DNA of 64,000 nucleotides, taken from contig JAUZRK010000005.1 in NCBI GenBank assembly GCA_030950485.1, positions 4,449 to 68,448 on the forward strand, given 5' to 3'. Position 1 is the first letter of the stretch, and the number at the start of each line of letters is the position of its first letter. The DNA is from Candidatus Dojkabacteria bacterium (GTDB lineage Bacteria; Patescibacteriota; Dojkabacteria; J137). A program made the position numbers and the translations under genes. Below, piece after piece: positions 49,516-59,470 of the stretch. The notes under the pieces are model-generated. The model did not search any database. It had not been told where the DNA came from and worked only from the letters and a program-made list of their open reading frames with translations.

Positions 49516-51102
49516 TTGAAAAGAGCAGTTATGAAATTTATAAATCTAAAGTTACTATTACTTATAATAATTATTGCAATAGCTTCATTTACTTACAGCA
49601 GAAACTTAAGTAAAGAAAACTTTCAGCAAGATGAATATCAGGTAATTGAAGCTGCAGAAGGAATGAGAAAAGCTGGCAATTTTTATAAATGGGACTTCAG
49701 GTTAAATAAATCAGGAGAGTTTACAGATTGTATAAATTCAGACCCTCATTGTAATTATAATCGAGCAATTCCACATACACTTTTAGTAACCTCTTCTTTT
49801 ATTTTACATGGAGGAGTAAGTGAATCATCAGCAAGAATGCCCTCGGTGATTTTAGGAGTATCTTTTAGCTTGATATCTTTCTATTTTATATATAACTTAT
49901 ATAAAATATATATAAAATATAGTCAAAGTTTCATACTAACATCAAGCGCCATAGGCTCGCTACTACTTATTTTAAGCCCTATTCATAAAGACATATTCGG
50001 TACTACAAGAATGTATGCCTTAGTGTTACCACTTTTCTTACTACAAGTTTTGTTTTTTATAAAATTTACTGGGATAGATAAGAACAAAAAGAATAGGAAT
50101 TTTAGCAAAAAGTATTTTTTAGTTTTTCTACTTCTGTCTATGCTTAATTTGATTACGCATATAAATTCAGGTCTCATTGCTATAGGTATATATACTTTTG
50201 CACTATCTAAAATAAAATTCAAAGAAAATGATAAAAATTTAAACTTATTTTATAGAGCAGTCAGCATTATCGGTTCAATTGGCATAATAATGATCATTAT
50301 CTTTAAGTTAATTGGTTTTGATCTAGATCTATTAGACCAAATTACATTATTAAAACAGCCAAACTGGCAGTATCTTTATTATTTTGTTGAATATCCATTT
50401 GAAAATATTTTTATACAAACTCTTACAGGAATTTGTTTGATAATTATTATCCTAATAAATCTACTTACAGGGCTGAATTTAAATATAATTAAGAAAATAG
50501 ATAAACTAACCAATGGAACGACTTTTTTTATAACTAATGTAGTGATCACGGCGACAATATTTTTAATATTTTTCGCTAACCGATATTCAACATACTTCTA
50601 TATATCATTTGTAATTCCTCTAGGATTTATACTCATATATGATTTTTTCTATAGAATTTTTTCTATTTTAATAAGAAGGAGTAGTATTAATACTATTATT
50701 TTAACAATAATTTTAATAATTATATTAGTTGCCCAATTTGCAGCAACAATAAACTATTCTAGAAAGTATCAAGCATTTATTCTTGCAGATTATAATTTTA
50801 CATACAATTTCGCTATTGAAGCTTTAGGGAAAGACTTAGATAAAAGTGCTTTATTAATACAACTTCCTAGAAAGTTTTATTTAGAAAGTGCATCTCAAAT
50901 TGAATTAGTTGATATTGGTAAAGAAGGATCTTTTACAATTAACGACTTCACTGAAATTCAATCTAAATACCCAAAAGGTTTTATCATATGGGCAAATGAG
51001 AAGGAAGAAGAACATATTAATACTGAACTAAAAGAGTATTTATACAATAATTACTTAAGAGTAGATTTAAAAGATTCAGGTATGACAATTTACAAATTCT
51101 AG
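49516..51102 (+). CDS. Second GT-C-like polytopic membrane glycosyltransferase
   Basis: Many TM helices. First loop has 'QQDEYQVIEAAEGM' (a DE motif). Confidence 0.5.
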   Translation: MKRAVMKFINLKLLLLIIIIAIASFTYSRNLSKENFQQDEYQVIEAAEGMRKAGNFYKWDFRLNKSGEFTDCINSDPHCNYNRAIPHTLLVTSSFILHGGVSESSARMPSVILGVSFSLISFYFIYNLYKIYIKYSQSFILTSSAIGSLLLILSPIHKDIFGTTRMYALVLPLFLLQVLFFIKFTGIDKNKKNRNFSKKYFLVFLLLSMLNLITHINSGLIAIGIYTFALSKIKFKENDKNLNLFYRAVSIIGSIGIIMIIIFKLIGFDLDLLDQITLLKQPNWQYLYYFVEYPFENIFIQTLTGICLIIIILINLLTGLNLNIIKKIDKLTNGTTFFITNVVITATIFLIFFANRYSTYFYISFVIPLGFILIYDFFYRIFSILIRRSSINTIILTIILIIILVAQFAATINYSRKYQAFILADYNFTYNFAIEALGKDLDKSALLIQLPRKFYLESASQIELVDIGKEGSFTINDFTEIQSKYPKGFIIWANEKEEEHINTELKEYLYNNYLRVDLKDSGMTIYKF

Positions 51103-51165
51103 AAAATATATAAATTTAGTGAAAATATTATTTTTTTTGTTATAATACTGGAGCACATTATAAAA

Positions 51166-51250
51166 GGAGAGTTGACAGAGTGGTCGAATGTGCCTGTCTT
51201 GAAAACAGGTGAGTCGCAAGGCTCCGGGGGTTCGAATCCCTCACTCTCCG
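51166..51250 (+). tRNA. tRNA-Ser (anticodon TGA), long variable arm, CCA not encoded
   Basis: Hand-folded. Acceptor GGAGAGT/ACTCTCC, anticodon stem CCTGT/ACAGG with loop CTTGAAA, long variable arm TGAGTCGCAAGGCTCC, T-loop TTCGAAT. Confidence 0.85.
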
Positions 51251-51292
51251 TTTTTTTCTAATTCAATAAACTAAATTGTTAAATCTTGAGAA

Positions 51293-51517
51293 ATGGCAGC
51301 AACAATGAAACATAGAAGATCATCTAGAAGACGAAAGACTACTAGAGGAGCTGACAGATATGATGCAGTACTTACAAAGTTTAAAAAGATAAAAAAATTT
51401 GGAGGATCTCCAGTTATTAAGCTTAGAAAAGGTGTCAAAGCAACACTATCACATAGAGTTACAAAAGAAAATCCTACTTACAAAGGAGTAAAAGTAATAA
51501 CTTCTAAAGAAGACTAA
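51293..51517 (+). CDS. rpmF: Probable 50S ribosomal protein L32 (Cys-less form)
   Basis: 'HRRSSRRRKTTRGADRYDAVLT' and 'TLSHRVTKENPTYKGVKVIT' match the bL32 pattern (…RRSH.AL… / …LSHRV.K….Y.GK.V). Confidence 0.6.
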   Translation: MAATMKHRRSSRRRKTTRGADRYDAVLTKFKKIKKFGGSPVIKLRKGVKATLSHRVTKENPTYKGVKVITSKED

Positions 51518-51525
51518 TAAATACA

Positions 51526-51966
51526 ATGGAAGAAAAGAAGAATAGAGATGCCAGACATCTGTCAAGACTTCTTGCAGTACAGTACTTCTTTACGACTATA
51601 GAGGCTATTAAGCTAAACAAATCATTCCAAGCTTTCGAACCTAACTCACTCATTTCAATCTTAGAAGAGAAGAAATTCAATTCTGAATTATATGAGAGAT
51701 TAATAGAAGGAACTTCTTCAAACGAAGAAGATTTGGATAAGAGAATCCAAAAACTTGCTCCATTAAGACCTTTAGACCAGATAAAAACTATCAATTTAAT
51801 AATATTGAGGATGTCAATCTGGGAAGGATTTGTAAGTAAAATAACACCACCAAAAGTTGTAATAAACGAAGCAATCGAACTTGCAAAAGCTTTTGGAGAT
51901 GATGAAGATGGTAAATTCATTAATGGTGTATTAGGAAATCTATTAAACGAAACTAAAGATGAGTAG
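51526..51966 (+). CDS. nusB: Transcription antitermination factor NusB
   Basis: 'ARHLSRLLAVQYFF…', 'RPLDQIKTINLIILRMSIWEG', 'PPKVVINEAIELAKAFGDDEDGKFINGVLG'. Confidence 0.85.
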   Translation: MEEKKNRDARHLSRLLAVQYFFTTIEAIKLNKSFQAFEPNSLISILEEKKFNSELYERLIEGTSSNEEDLDKRIQKLAPLRPLDQIKTINLIILRMSIWEGFVSKITPPKVVINEAIELAKAFGDDEDGKFINGVLGNLLNETKDE

Positions 51967-52675
51967 TGAGATTAAAAAGTTTCAAGATGTTTTAAATTTT
52001 CAATTCAATAATTTTGACCTTCTTATTGAAGCATTAACTCATAGATCTTACATAAATGAGAATAAAGAAGAAGATACATCTAATAACGAGAGGCTTGAAT
52101 TTATAGGAGATGCAGTATTAGAATTAGTTACTACTGAATATTTGTTTCATAAATATCCTAATAAACCAGAAGGTGATTTAACAAGCTTTAGATCTGCTTT
52201 GGTAAGAACAGAAAGCTTAGCTGAAGAATCTACTAAATTAGGAGTAGGAGAGTTTATAAGAATGAGTAAAGGAGAAGAATCTACTGGAGGTAGAGAAAGA
52301 TCATATATTTTGGCAAATACATTTGAGGCTATTACAGGAGCTATTTATCTTGATCAAGGATATGATAAAGCTCGTGAATATTTAATGTCAACTGTACTTA
52401 AAAAAACAGAAGAAATTGTAGAAAATAGATTAGATATTGATCCAAAATCAAAATTACAAGAGATGTCTCAGGAAATAATTAAAGAAACTCCATCGTATAA
52501 ACTTAAGTCATCAACTGGCCCAGATCACAGCAAAACATTTACAATGTGCCTAGTTATAAATGATATTGAGCTTACTACAGGTAAAGGTAAAAGTAAGCAA
52601 GAAGCAGAGCAAAATGCTGCAAAAGCAGCACTAGACTCATGGCAAGAAATAGAAGAAAAATTATCAGATAGTTAA
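51959..52675 (+). CDS. rnc: Ribonuclease III
   Basis: RNase III signature 'NERLEFIGDAVLELV' and a C-terminal dsRBD ('…GPDHSKTFTM…GKGKSKQEAEQNAA'). Confidence 0.9.
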   Translation: MSSEIKKFQDVLNFQFNNFDLLIEALTHRSYINENKEEDTSNNERLEFIGDAVLELVTTEYLFHKYPNKPEGDLTSFRSALVRTESLAEESTKLGVGEFIRMSKGEESTGGRERSYILANTFEAITGAIYLDQGYDKAREYLMSTVLKKTEEIVENRLDIDPKSKLQEMSQEIIKETPSYKLKSSTGPDHSKTFTMCLVINDIELTTGKGKSKQEAEQNAAKAALDSWQEIEEKLSDS

Positions 52676-52765
52676 TTCTAATTGGTTATTGATGGTATTA
52701 GCATTTTTTGATAAAATTGCTAAGCACTCAGAAAGCTTTGTATAAAATTATTATAAAAATTAAAT

Positions 52766-53128
52766 ATGGTAAAGATTAGATTAGCAAGAGTAGGAAGAAC
52801 ACATTATGCAACATTCAAAATAGTTGTTACACCTGCAAGAGAAAAACAAGTTTCAAAATTCATTGAAGAAATCGGTAGATACAACCCTCATACAAAAGAG
52901 TTAGTATTAGACAAAGAAAGAGCTGCTTACTGGATTTCTGTAGGTGCACAACCAACAGATACAGTGAAAAGAATGCTTATAAAAGATGGAATAGTTGAAA
53001 AGCCAAAAAAGAAAGTTACTTTCAGCAAAAAGCCTGGTAGAAAAGCTACAGAGAGAGCAGAGAAAGTAGCAGCTGCAAAAGAAGCAGAAGCTACAGCAAC
53101 TGAAGAAAAAACTGAAGCAGCTGAATAA
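52766..53128 (+). CDS. rpsP: 30S ribosomal protein S16 with C-terminal K/A/E-rich extension
   Basis: 'MVKIRLARVGRTHYATFKIVVTPAREK…GRYNP'. Confidence 0.9.
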   Translation: MVKIRLARVGRTHYATFKIVVTPAREKQVSKFIEEIGRYNPHTKELVLDKERAAYWISVGAQPTDTVKRMLIKDGIVEKPKKKVTFSKKPGRKATERAEKVAAAKEAEATATEEKTEAAE

Positions 53129-53142
53129 GCTAGATAATAGTT

Positions 53143-53874
53143 TTATAATTGCTTTCTATCAATATATTCAAGAATTGAACTATCTAGAGTGCTACTTGGA
53201 GAAATTTTAAGATATCTTCCAGTAGCCTCTATACTATCTTCCCTAAACTGATATTTAGAAAAAGTTAATTCAAAAGTCCATAAAGATCGCCCTTCTTCTT
53301 CAATTCCCTCTAATGTAAAATCTCTTAAGATAACAAAATCATCTAGTCTACTAAGTTCTGTTATAAAGCTATCTATGTTTCTAAATGTACCAGACATTCT
53401 AAACGAGACAGGAATTTCTTGAATAGTAACAGATGTATCTGCAAGATTGCTACCTTGTTGATTAATACTTGAAGCTGATAAAAGATCATTTGCTCTTTGC
53501 GTTTCTATTTCTAAACTATACCTATCTGCAAGTGAAGACAATCTTTCGCTAAATTCAATTACCTCAGTTGATCCAGATGGAGCAATTGAGTCTAAAAAAT
53601 CTAGGTTCTGCTGAAGTTCTATTTGATTTGATCTAAGCGCCCTAACGTAGCCAAGTTTATTGCTTGCTTTACTTCTTTCGCTTTCAAGACTACTAATGGC
53701 TGTAGTATCTGTTGTTATCTCATTAAATTTAGGTATTATTATAAGTAGTATAGATACCATAAATATAATTACAGATATTATAGGTACCACATAAAATTTA
53801 AAAAATTTAGCGTATTTTTTAGACTTAGAAGCTTCTTTCTTTTTTCTTTCCTCTAAAGTTATTATTTGGTCCAT
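53143..53874 (-). CDS. pilO: Type IV pilus assembly protein PilO-like
   Basis: Single N-terminal TM, coiled-coil, then a periplasmic domain. Last gene of the pilM-N-O set. Confidence 0.55.
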   Translation of the reverse strand: MDQIITLEERKKKEASKSKKYAKFFKFYVVPIISVIIFMVSILLIIIPKFNEITTDTTAISSLESERSKASNKLGYVRALRSNQIELQQNLDFLDSIAPSGSTEVIEFSERLSSLADRYSLEIETQRANDLLSASSINQQGSNLADTSVTIQEIPVSFRMSGTFRNIDSFITELSRLDDFVILRDFTLEGIEEEGRSLWTFELTFSKYQFREDSIEATGRYLKISPSSTLDSSILEYIDRKQL

Positions 53875-53877
53875 AAT

Positions 53878-54456
53878 TTATATCAGATTAAATCTAAATT
53901 CTAATTCTAAATCTATTCTTTCTGGATCATTTCTAAATTTAACAGATCTTATAGATACGTCTTTAATATTTTCATTTACTAAACTATTCCTATAGACTTC
54001 TATTACTTGATCTATATTATCTAATGTAACTACAATGACCATTAACGACTCCCTATCTTCTAGAGCATAATCAACAATGCTATTACCAAGAGCAATATCA
54101 TTAGATAAATCTATTATCTCTCTTAGTTTTATATCATTAGCCAATATAGGTTTTAGTAATATATTACCTTTTGTAATTAGCTCACCATTTAAAATTACTA
54201 CATCTTGATTAAGCCCAATCTCATTTTCAATCTGGCTTATTTCATTCTCTAAAGAATCAATTTTAGGAGTAACTCTAATTGCTTGATACATAGATAGCGA
54301 AAAATACATTAAAGCAGCAGAGAAGAGCAATATAAAAGAATAAATAATTGTAGTATCCCTTTTTTCAATAACTTTAATCTCTTCTTTAGATATTGGAGGT
54401 ACTAAATTAAATTCTTTAAATTTTTTCTCACTAAATGAAAAAGTATTTGTTGCCAT
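53878..54456 (-). CDS. pilN: Type IV pilus assembly protein PilN-like
   Basis: Short cytoplasmic N-terminus, TM 'TIIYSFILLFSAALMYFSL', periplasmic domain; follows pilM. Confidence 0.55.
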   Translation of the reverse strand: MATNTFSFSEKKFKEFNLVPPISKEEIKVIEKRDTTIIYSFILLFSAALMYFSLSMYQAIRVTPKIDSLENEISQIENEIGLNQDVVILNGELITKGNILLKPILANDIKLREIIDLSNDIALGNSIVDYALEDRESLMVIVVTLDNIDQVIEVYRNSLVNENIKDVSIRSVKFRNDPERIDLELEFRFNLI

Positions 54457-55503
54457 TTATATTACTAAACCTTTTAAAGATAAACCAAGAGCTACATTGT
54501 AACTATGTACATTTGTTGTTTGAACAATCTTCTTAGCTTGAGTAGTCAAGCTCATATTATTTATTGGGTCTACCAATACTGCATTTATTCCTAATGCATC
54601 TTTAATCATCTTATCAAGCATATATAATTTAGCCCCTCCACCAGTTAAATAAACAGTATTAATTTCTGACTTACCTAACTTCTCTTTATAATAAACAAGT
54701 GTTCTTGATATCTCGCTAATTAGCATCTGTGTTATTGGCTCAATTGCCTTTGCTATTTTTTGAATGTTTTCTGGTGTTTGATTTGCAAATTGTAATTTCA
54801 ATTGTTCAGCTTTAGCGTCATCAAATCCAAAATCAGCAGATAAGATTTTATTAATTGAAGATGAACCAGTACTTAATGTTTGAGAATATATACTGATACC
54901 TTTTCTAGCAAGAATAATATTACTGTTATCTGCACCAAAATCTAGTATTAGAATGTCTTCTTTCTGTCCTGTGGAGAATGTTACAAGCCTGGCTGTTGCT
55001 AGTGCTTCTGTCTCAATAGCTAATAGATTTAGGCCCGCCTTAGTTGCGATTTTTCTATAAAATTTAATTCTTTCCTTCGGAGCTGCAACTACGTACCAAT
55101 TTATATAAGGTTTACCATTTAGCTCTTTCTTATCTATATTTGTAAATGCAATGCTTACGTTATCTAATGATGTTGGTACCAATGGTTTTATTCCCCAATG
55201 AATTGCGTCATTTATATTTTCTTCATCAACTTCGGGTACAACTAGTAATCTAGAAAATACTGATTGTTCAGGAATAGAGAAGACACAGTTCTTAGTATTA
55301 ACTCCTGATCTTTCATGTATTTCTTTAACTGTCTCTGCTATTTCATCAATACCTTCTTCAGAATCATTACCTAATAATCCTATTTTAGTTAAACCTGATG
55401 CTAGTGATTCTAAAGTAACTTTGTTTCCAGATCTCTTTGTATAAGAAAGTTTTAAAGAATAGTCACCAAAATCTAAACCGAAAAATTCTATTATCTTTGC
55501 CAT
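54457..55503 (-). CDS. pilM: Type IV pilus assembly ATPase-fold protein PilM
   Basis: Actin-like fold cues 'FGLDFGDYSLKLS', 'ILILDFGADNSNIIL', 'VYLTGGGAKL'. Confidence 0.8.
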   Translation of the reverse strand: MAKIIEFFGLDFGDYSLKLSYTKRSGNKVTLESLASGLTKIGLLGNDSEEGIDEIAETVKEIHERSGVNTKNCVFSIPEQSVFSRLLVVPEVDEENINDAIHWGIKPLVPTSLDNVSIAFTNIDKKELNGKPYINWYVVAAPKERIKFYRKIATKAGLNLLAIETEALATARLVTFSTGQKEDILILDFGADNSNIILARKGISIYSQTLSTGSSSINKILSADFGFDDAKAEQLKLQFANQTPENIQKIAKAIEPITQMLISEISRTLVYYKEKLGKSEINTVYLTGGGAKLYMLDKMIKDALGINAVLVDPINNMSLTTQAKKIVQTTNVHSYNVALGLSLKGLVI

Positions 55504-55557
55504 TATAAAAATAATTAACTTATATATATAATAAAGTAAATAATTGTTAATGGAAAA

Positions 55558-56508
55558 TTAAAATATAATTACTCCATCCGAAATTAATGCATAATTGAAG
55601 ATTGAATCTAGCTGAGGAACCAAGGGAACACTAGATTCATATATTGCGCTTGATGATTCTGGATTAGATGAATCATATCCTACAGATTGAAAATCTCTTT
55701 TTTGGTAAGGGTACGTTGATTTATCACTTGGAATTATAGACAGAGTAGTAACACCTGAAACTCTACTTCTAGGTGTTATTATTAAAAATCTAGGTACATA
55801 ATTAGTTATTGGACCAGGCAAAGTACTAAAATAATCTGAAATTGTTATTTTAGTAGTATTAGTTGTATTAGATGGATCATCTACTTGGAAATTTAATACA
55901 TGTTTAAATGGATCTCCAGGATTACTAGGGCTATTATTAATAGGATCATCACCAATAAATTGATCAAAAACCCCATGGGCATCAAATATATCTTTCACAA
56001 GATAAAAATTTGAGCTGCTTAAATCTTCATAATAAATTGTAAACTCTAGAACTACGTCATTTGTCCACCTGATATCTAATGAATTGAAGTACCCTTTAGT
56101 AGAGCTGTCTTCTGCAAGTCTCACAGTATACATTTGATCTTTTATTAATGTTAGATCATCTATATCATGAGTATCTCTAACTTCTACCTCTCTTTCTACT
56201 ACCTGCTGACTGAAGTCTGAATCAGATTCCTCACAAATATAAACATCATCATAAGGTTTTTCAGAATCAGTTTTCTTATCGCACTTAGATCCTGGTAAAT
56301 TTTTTAAAGCAAAATCTAATTGGCCATATGTTCTTACATACTCATTAATTGTTTGTTCAGCTGAATTAGCTATTTGCTCATATGCCCTTGAAGTTTCTAC
56401 TTGCTCAGTGTCTCTCTGTATTAAAACAACTAGACCAATTATAACAATAGCTACTATCATTAAAACTATTAATGTTATCAACATGATTTGTCCTTTTTTA
56501 GAATTCAT
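55558..56508 (-). CDS. Pilus-associated membrane-anchored protein (possible non-canonical minor pilin / PilX-like)
   Basis: N-terminus 'KKGQIMLITLIVLMIVAIV' is prepilin-like but lacks Glu5. Lies inside the pilus operon. Confidence 0.4.
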   Translation of the reverse strand: MNSKKGQIMLITLIVLMIVAIVIIGLVVLIQRDTEQVETSRAYEQIANSAEQTINEYVRTYGQLDFALKNLPGSKCDKKTDSEKPYDDVYICEESDSDFSQQVVEREVEVRDTHDIDDLTLIKDQMYTVRLAEDSSTKGYFNSLDIRWTNDVVLEFTIYYEDLSSSNFYLVKDIFDAHGVFDQFIGDDPINNSPSNPGDPFKHVLNFQVDDPSNTTNTTKITISDYFSTLPGPITNYVPRFLIITPRSRVSGVTTLSIIPSDKSTYPYQKRDFQSVGYDSSNPESSSAIYESSVPLVPQLDSIFNYALISDGVIIF

Positions 56509-57052
56509 AGTTTCTTGTAGATATTGATATTTGTTGTATAAGATTTGTCACCTCAAGGTTTGTATTAAAGTGTGAACCTATTACTGTAAATAATACATTA
56601 TTCTGTGAGCTTGTAGTACCATTTTCGCTTGAAAATCCTTTTTCAAATTTAACTTTATCAATCACAATGTCACCATCCGTTTCAAATATAGTATTGTAAT
56701 TTCCCGTAGCGTCATCTTTTTCTTCTTTGCAATAACTATATTCTTCACATCTATGCCAAAGGTATTGAGTCCCACCTACTACAAATTCACATGACTCTGA
56801 ACCTTCTATACTATTAAGTCCACACTCTACAATATATTCAGAATTTCTTATATCCCTAGAAATTAGAGAAGTTAAATCAGAGAGAGATTCCCTAACCTTA
56901 CTTCTAGCTAAAGTTTTAAATGTGATATTTGAAGATAATATAAAAATATTAAAGAATAATGTTAAAACTAAAGCAATAACTGTCAAGCTTACTATAACTT
57001 CAATTAAAGAGAATCCCTTTTTATTTTTTTTAGATTTTAAGTGTAAATTCAT
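56498..57052 (-). CDS. Minor pilin / pseudopilin with class III signal peptide
   Basis: 'KKGFSLIEVIVSLTVIALVL' (G|FSLIE). Confidence 0.6.
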   Translation of the reverse strand: MNLHLKSKKNKKGFSLIEVIVSLTVIALVLTLFFNIFILSSNITFKTLARSKVRESLSDLTSLISRDIRNSEYIVECGLNSIEGSESCEFVVGGTQYLWHRCEEYSYCKEEKDDATGNYNTIFETDGDIVIDKVKFEKGFSSENGTTSSQNNVLFTVIGSHFNTNLEVTNLIQQISISTRNYEF

Positions 57053-57560
57053 CGTATCTTATTCCTCTTATAAAACTAAATAAATTTCTATCTCCAGACT
57101 TATAATATAAGACTGCATTTATCCCGTATGTGGCTGTACTACCAGGAATTACATCTGGTATTACTTGTATTTCTAGACAAGAAGTAATCTGATCTATATC
57201 TGCTACTGCTATTTTGTCAAAGTCTATATAGTAATCACTACTTTTTTCACAAGAGTCAATTCCTTCTGTTTGTAATTTTAAAAAATTCTCATTTGTGTCT
57301 TCATCAAATTCCAAACTATATGAGTATGTAAGCCCGCTCGTAGTTGGGAGTTGTGTTACTAAAACAGTACTCGGAGCTTTTACGATTTCCAGAGCTTTTA
57401 TTAATGATTTATTAGAAACATCTTCTATCTCATTTTGTTTTACTCTATATAAAGATGAGATTACCAAGTTAACTGCAACTACAAGTGTTGTAGAGATAAT
57501 TCCTAGAACTATCAATACCTCAACTAAACTAGACGCTTTTCTTTTACTTGCTACTTTCAT
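57030..57560 (-). CDS. Minor pilin-like protein (atypical Ala at -1)
   Basis: 'KRKASSLVEVLIVLGIISTTLVV', with Glu at +5 relative to an A|S cut. Confidence 0.45.
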   Translation of the reverse strand: MKVASKRKASSLVEVLIVLGIISTTLVVAVNLVISSLYRVKQNEIEDVSNKSLIKALEIVKAPSTVLVTQLPTTSGLTYSYSLEFDEDTNENFLKLQTEGIDSCEKSSDYYIDFDKIAVADIDQITSCLEIQVIPDVIPGSTATYGINAVLYYKSGDRNLFSFIRGIRYDEFTLKI

Positions 57561-58101
57561 TTATAGTATTTTTTTCTAAAGCAAATTCAATTATATTTGT
57601 TCTTGATCTAAGCGAATGAGTTAAAACTACAGTACATGTACCTGAATCTATAGGATTGAGATTTGTATCAAATTGAATCATGTCTAAATTTCTCCTTCTT
57701 ACAGCTATATATTGACAATCGCTTTCTATACCTACATCAATATAATTATTATTTCTAGAGATATCAATACTATCTGTACAACCAATTCCTACTAATGAAT
57801 CTTTACAATAAAATTTATTAAAATCGTTATCTATAATCTCTAATACATAATAATCTGGCAGTTGATCTATAACTCTTCCTGTTCCTGTAAAATCTAACGC
57901 CGGGTTAATGACTGCATTTCTAGCTTCATTTTGTAAACTATTTGTATATGTTACAAAATCTAAAGTAACTGTTTGTAATTCAACACTAGATTGATAATAT
58001 CTAAAAGAAAATATTGCCGTTAAGAAAATCATTACAGTTATTCCTAAACTGACTAGAACTTCGATTAAAGTAAACCCATGTTTTTTATCTACTATTTCCA
58101 T
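57544..58101 (-). CDS. Minor pilin with class III signal peptide
   Basis: 'KKHGFTLIEVLVSLGITVMIF' (G|FTLIE). Confidence 0.65.
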   Translation of the reverse strand: MEIVDKKHGFTLIEVLVSLGITVMIFLTAIFSFRYYQSSVELQTVTLDFVTYTNSLQNEARNAVINPALDFTGTGRVIDQLPDYYVLEIIDNDFNKFYCKDSLVGIGCTDSIDISRNNNYIDVGIESDCQYIAVRRRNLDMIQFDTNLNPIDSGTCTVVLTHSLRSRTNIIEFALEKNTINESSK

Positions 58102-58102
58102 A

Positions 58103-58939
58103 CTAATAATTGATAAATATTATGTCATTTATATTTTGGCCAAAGCCAAGTGCTACTGTAAAACCTATTAGTATTAATGGTACAAAGGGAATTAATACTC
58201 CTCGAAATTTTTTTAAATAATATGAGAAGGCTAGCGCAACAATACTTCCTAATATAAGTGTAGATAATAAAAATGGAACAACTAATGGCCAACCTATACT
58301 AAGTCCAATTATCATATTTACGTCAATATCACCTTCGCCTAAACCTTCTTCAGAAGTTAATTTAACAACACTCCATGTTAATGCAACTAAGAAAAATGCG
58401 CCAATTAAGCTACTTAAATTTCCTATATTTATAAGTTCAAAAATATATTCACTAGTTGTTCTGTAGCTAAAAAAATCAGCTATAGTAATAAACAAGCTAA
58501 TTAAAACAATTACGAATAATCCTTTTTTTATTACTGCAACAGGCACTGCAAAATTTATAATGTCATATACAGCTAAATATAATATTAAGATATAAACTCC
58601 AAAATAAAATGAAAAATGGAGTAGTATTTCCCATAACTGAACTTCAGTATTTTGAATGTAAATATTTATAAAACTTAATGAAAGAATAAAGGCAGTAAAA
58701 ATTGAGAGTAATTCACTAACAAAAAGTATCTTACCTTCTTTTACTAGTAAGTGTTTTTTAAAAATGATACTTGAAAAGGGTATTAGATATAATTTTAACT
58801 TTAATAAATCGTTTTTATCTAGAGATTTAAATCTAGATATTAAGTTAATATCTGTGCATGTAAAATAAAACTTCTTACTTAAGAAGTTTGCAAAATATAC
58901 TATTATTAATGTAAATAGAATAGGCATAAGTTTATACAA
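58103..58939 (-). CDS. pilD: Prepilin peptidase (A24 family) PilD
   Basis: Polytopic. 'LAVYDIINFAVP' and 'GEGDIDVNMIIG' resemble the two catalytic-Asp boxes. Confidence 0.65.
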   Translation of the reverse strand: MYKLMPILFTLIIVYFANFLSKKFYFTCTDINLISRFKSLDKNDLLKLKLYLIPFSSIIFKKHLLVKEGKILFVSELLSIFTAFILSLSFINIYIQNTEVQLWEILLHFSFYFGVYILILYLAVYDIINFAVPVAVIKKGLFVIVLISLFITIADFFSYRTTSEYIFELINIGNLSSLIGAFFLVALTWSVVKLTSEEGLGEGDIDVNMIIGLSIGWPLVVPFLLSTLILGSIVALAFSYYLKKFRGVLIPFVPLILIGFTVALGFGQNINDIIFINY

Positions 58940-58972
58940 TTTAGCTAATACTAGGATATCACAAAAAAAAGA

Positions 58973-59470
58973 CTAGGGTGTAGCATGCCAGCTATCAGTA
59001 TTTTCAGGGCATTCTTCTGTTCCGAAAGATCTTACAGTAGAACTATTTTCTAACTCTAAACAGAAGGCAAACGCACCATTAATATTTTCATAATAATAAT
59101 TTGTACTGCTTGAATCAGTTGATATACTAAAGGTTAAGAAATTCTCTAGATCATAAGTTCTTATTATATTATTCTCTGTACCATCAGGAAGTATTACATC
59201 AGATCTAATTTGTATCTGAGTTTCATTGAAAGTAACCTCGTCAGTTTCAGGATAAGTAAAATTATTTAATCTTCTGAAATCATTTATAAATTCTACCAAA
59301 TCCGAACCTGTAGATATTCTTTCATTATCTCTAGAATTTCTTCTTATAACTGAGAGTAATGAAAAAGAAAGTGCTATTAACATAGCAAACACTGACATTA
59401 CTACTAAAATTTCTAGCAATGTCAGTGCTTTTTTTTCAGAGTTTTTAACAGAACTCCTATGTTCCATCAT
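58973..59470 (-). CDS. Pilin-like protein (A|LTLLE N-terminus)
   Basis: 'EKKALTLLEILVVMSVFAMLIALSF'. Confidence 0.5.
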   Translation of the reverse strand: MMEHRSSVKNSEKKALTLLEILVVMSVFAMLIALSFSLLSVIRRNSRDNERISTGSDLVEFINDFRRLNNFTYPETDEVTFNETQIQIRSDVILPDGTENNIIRTYDLENFLTFSISTDSSSTNYYYENINGAFAFCLELENSSTVRSFGTEECPENTDSWHATP

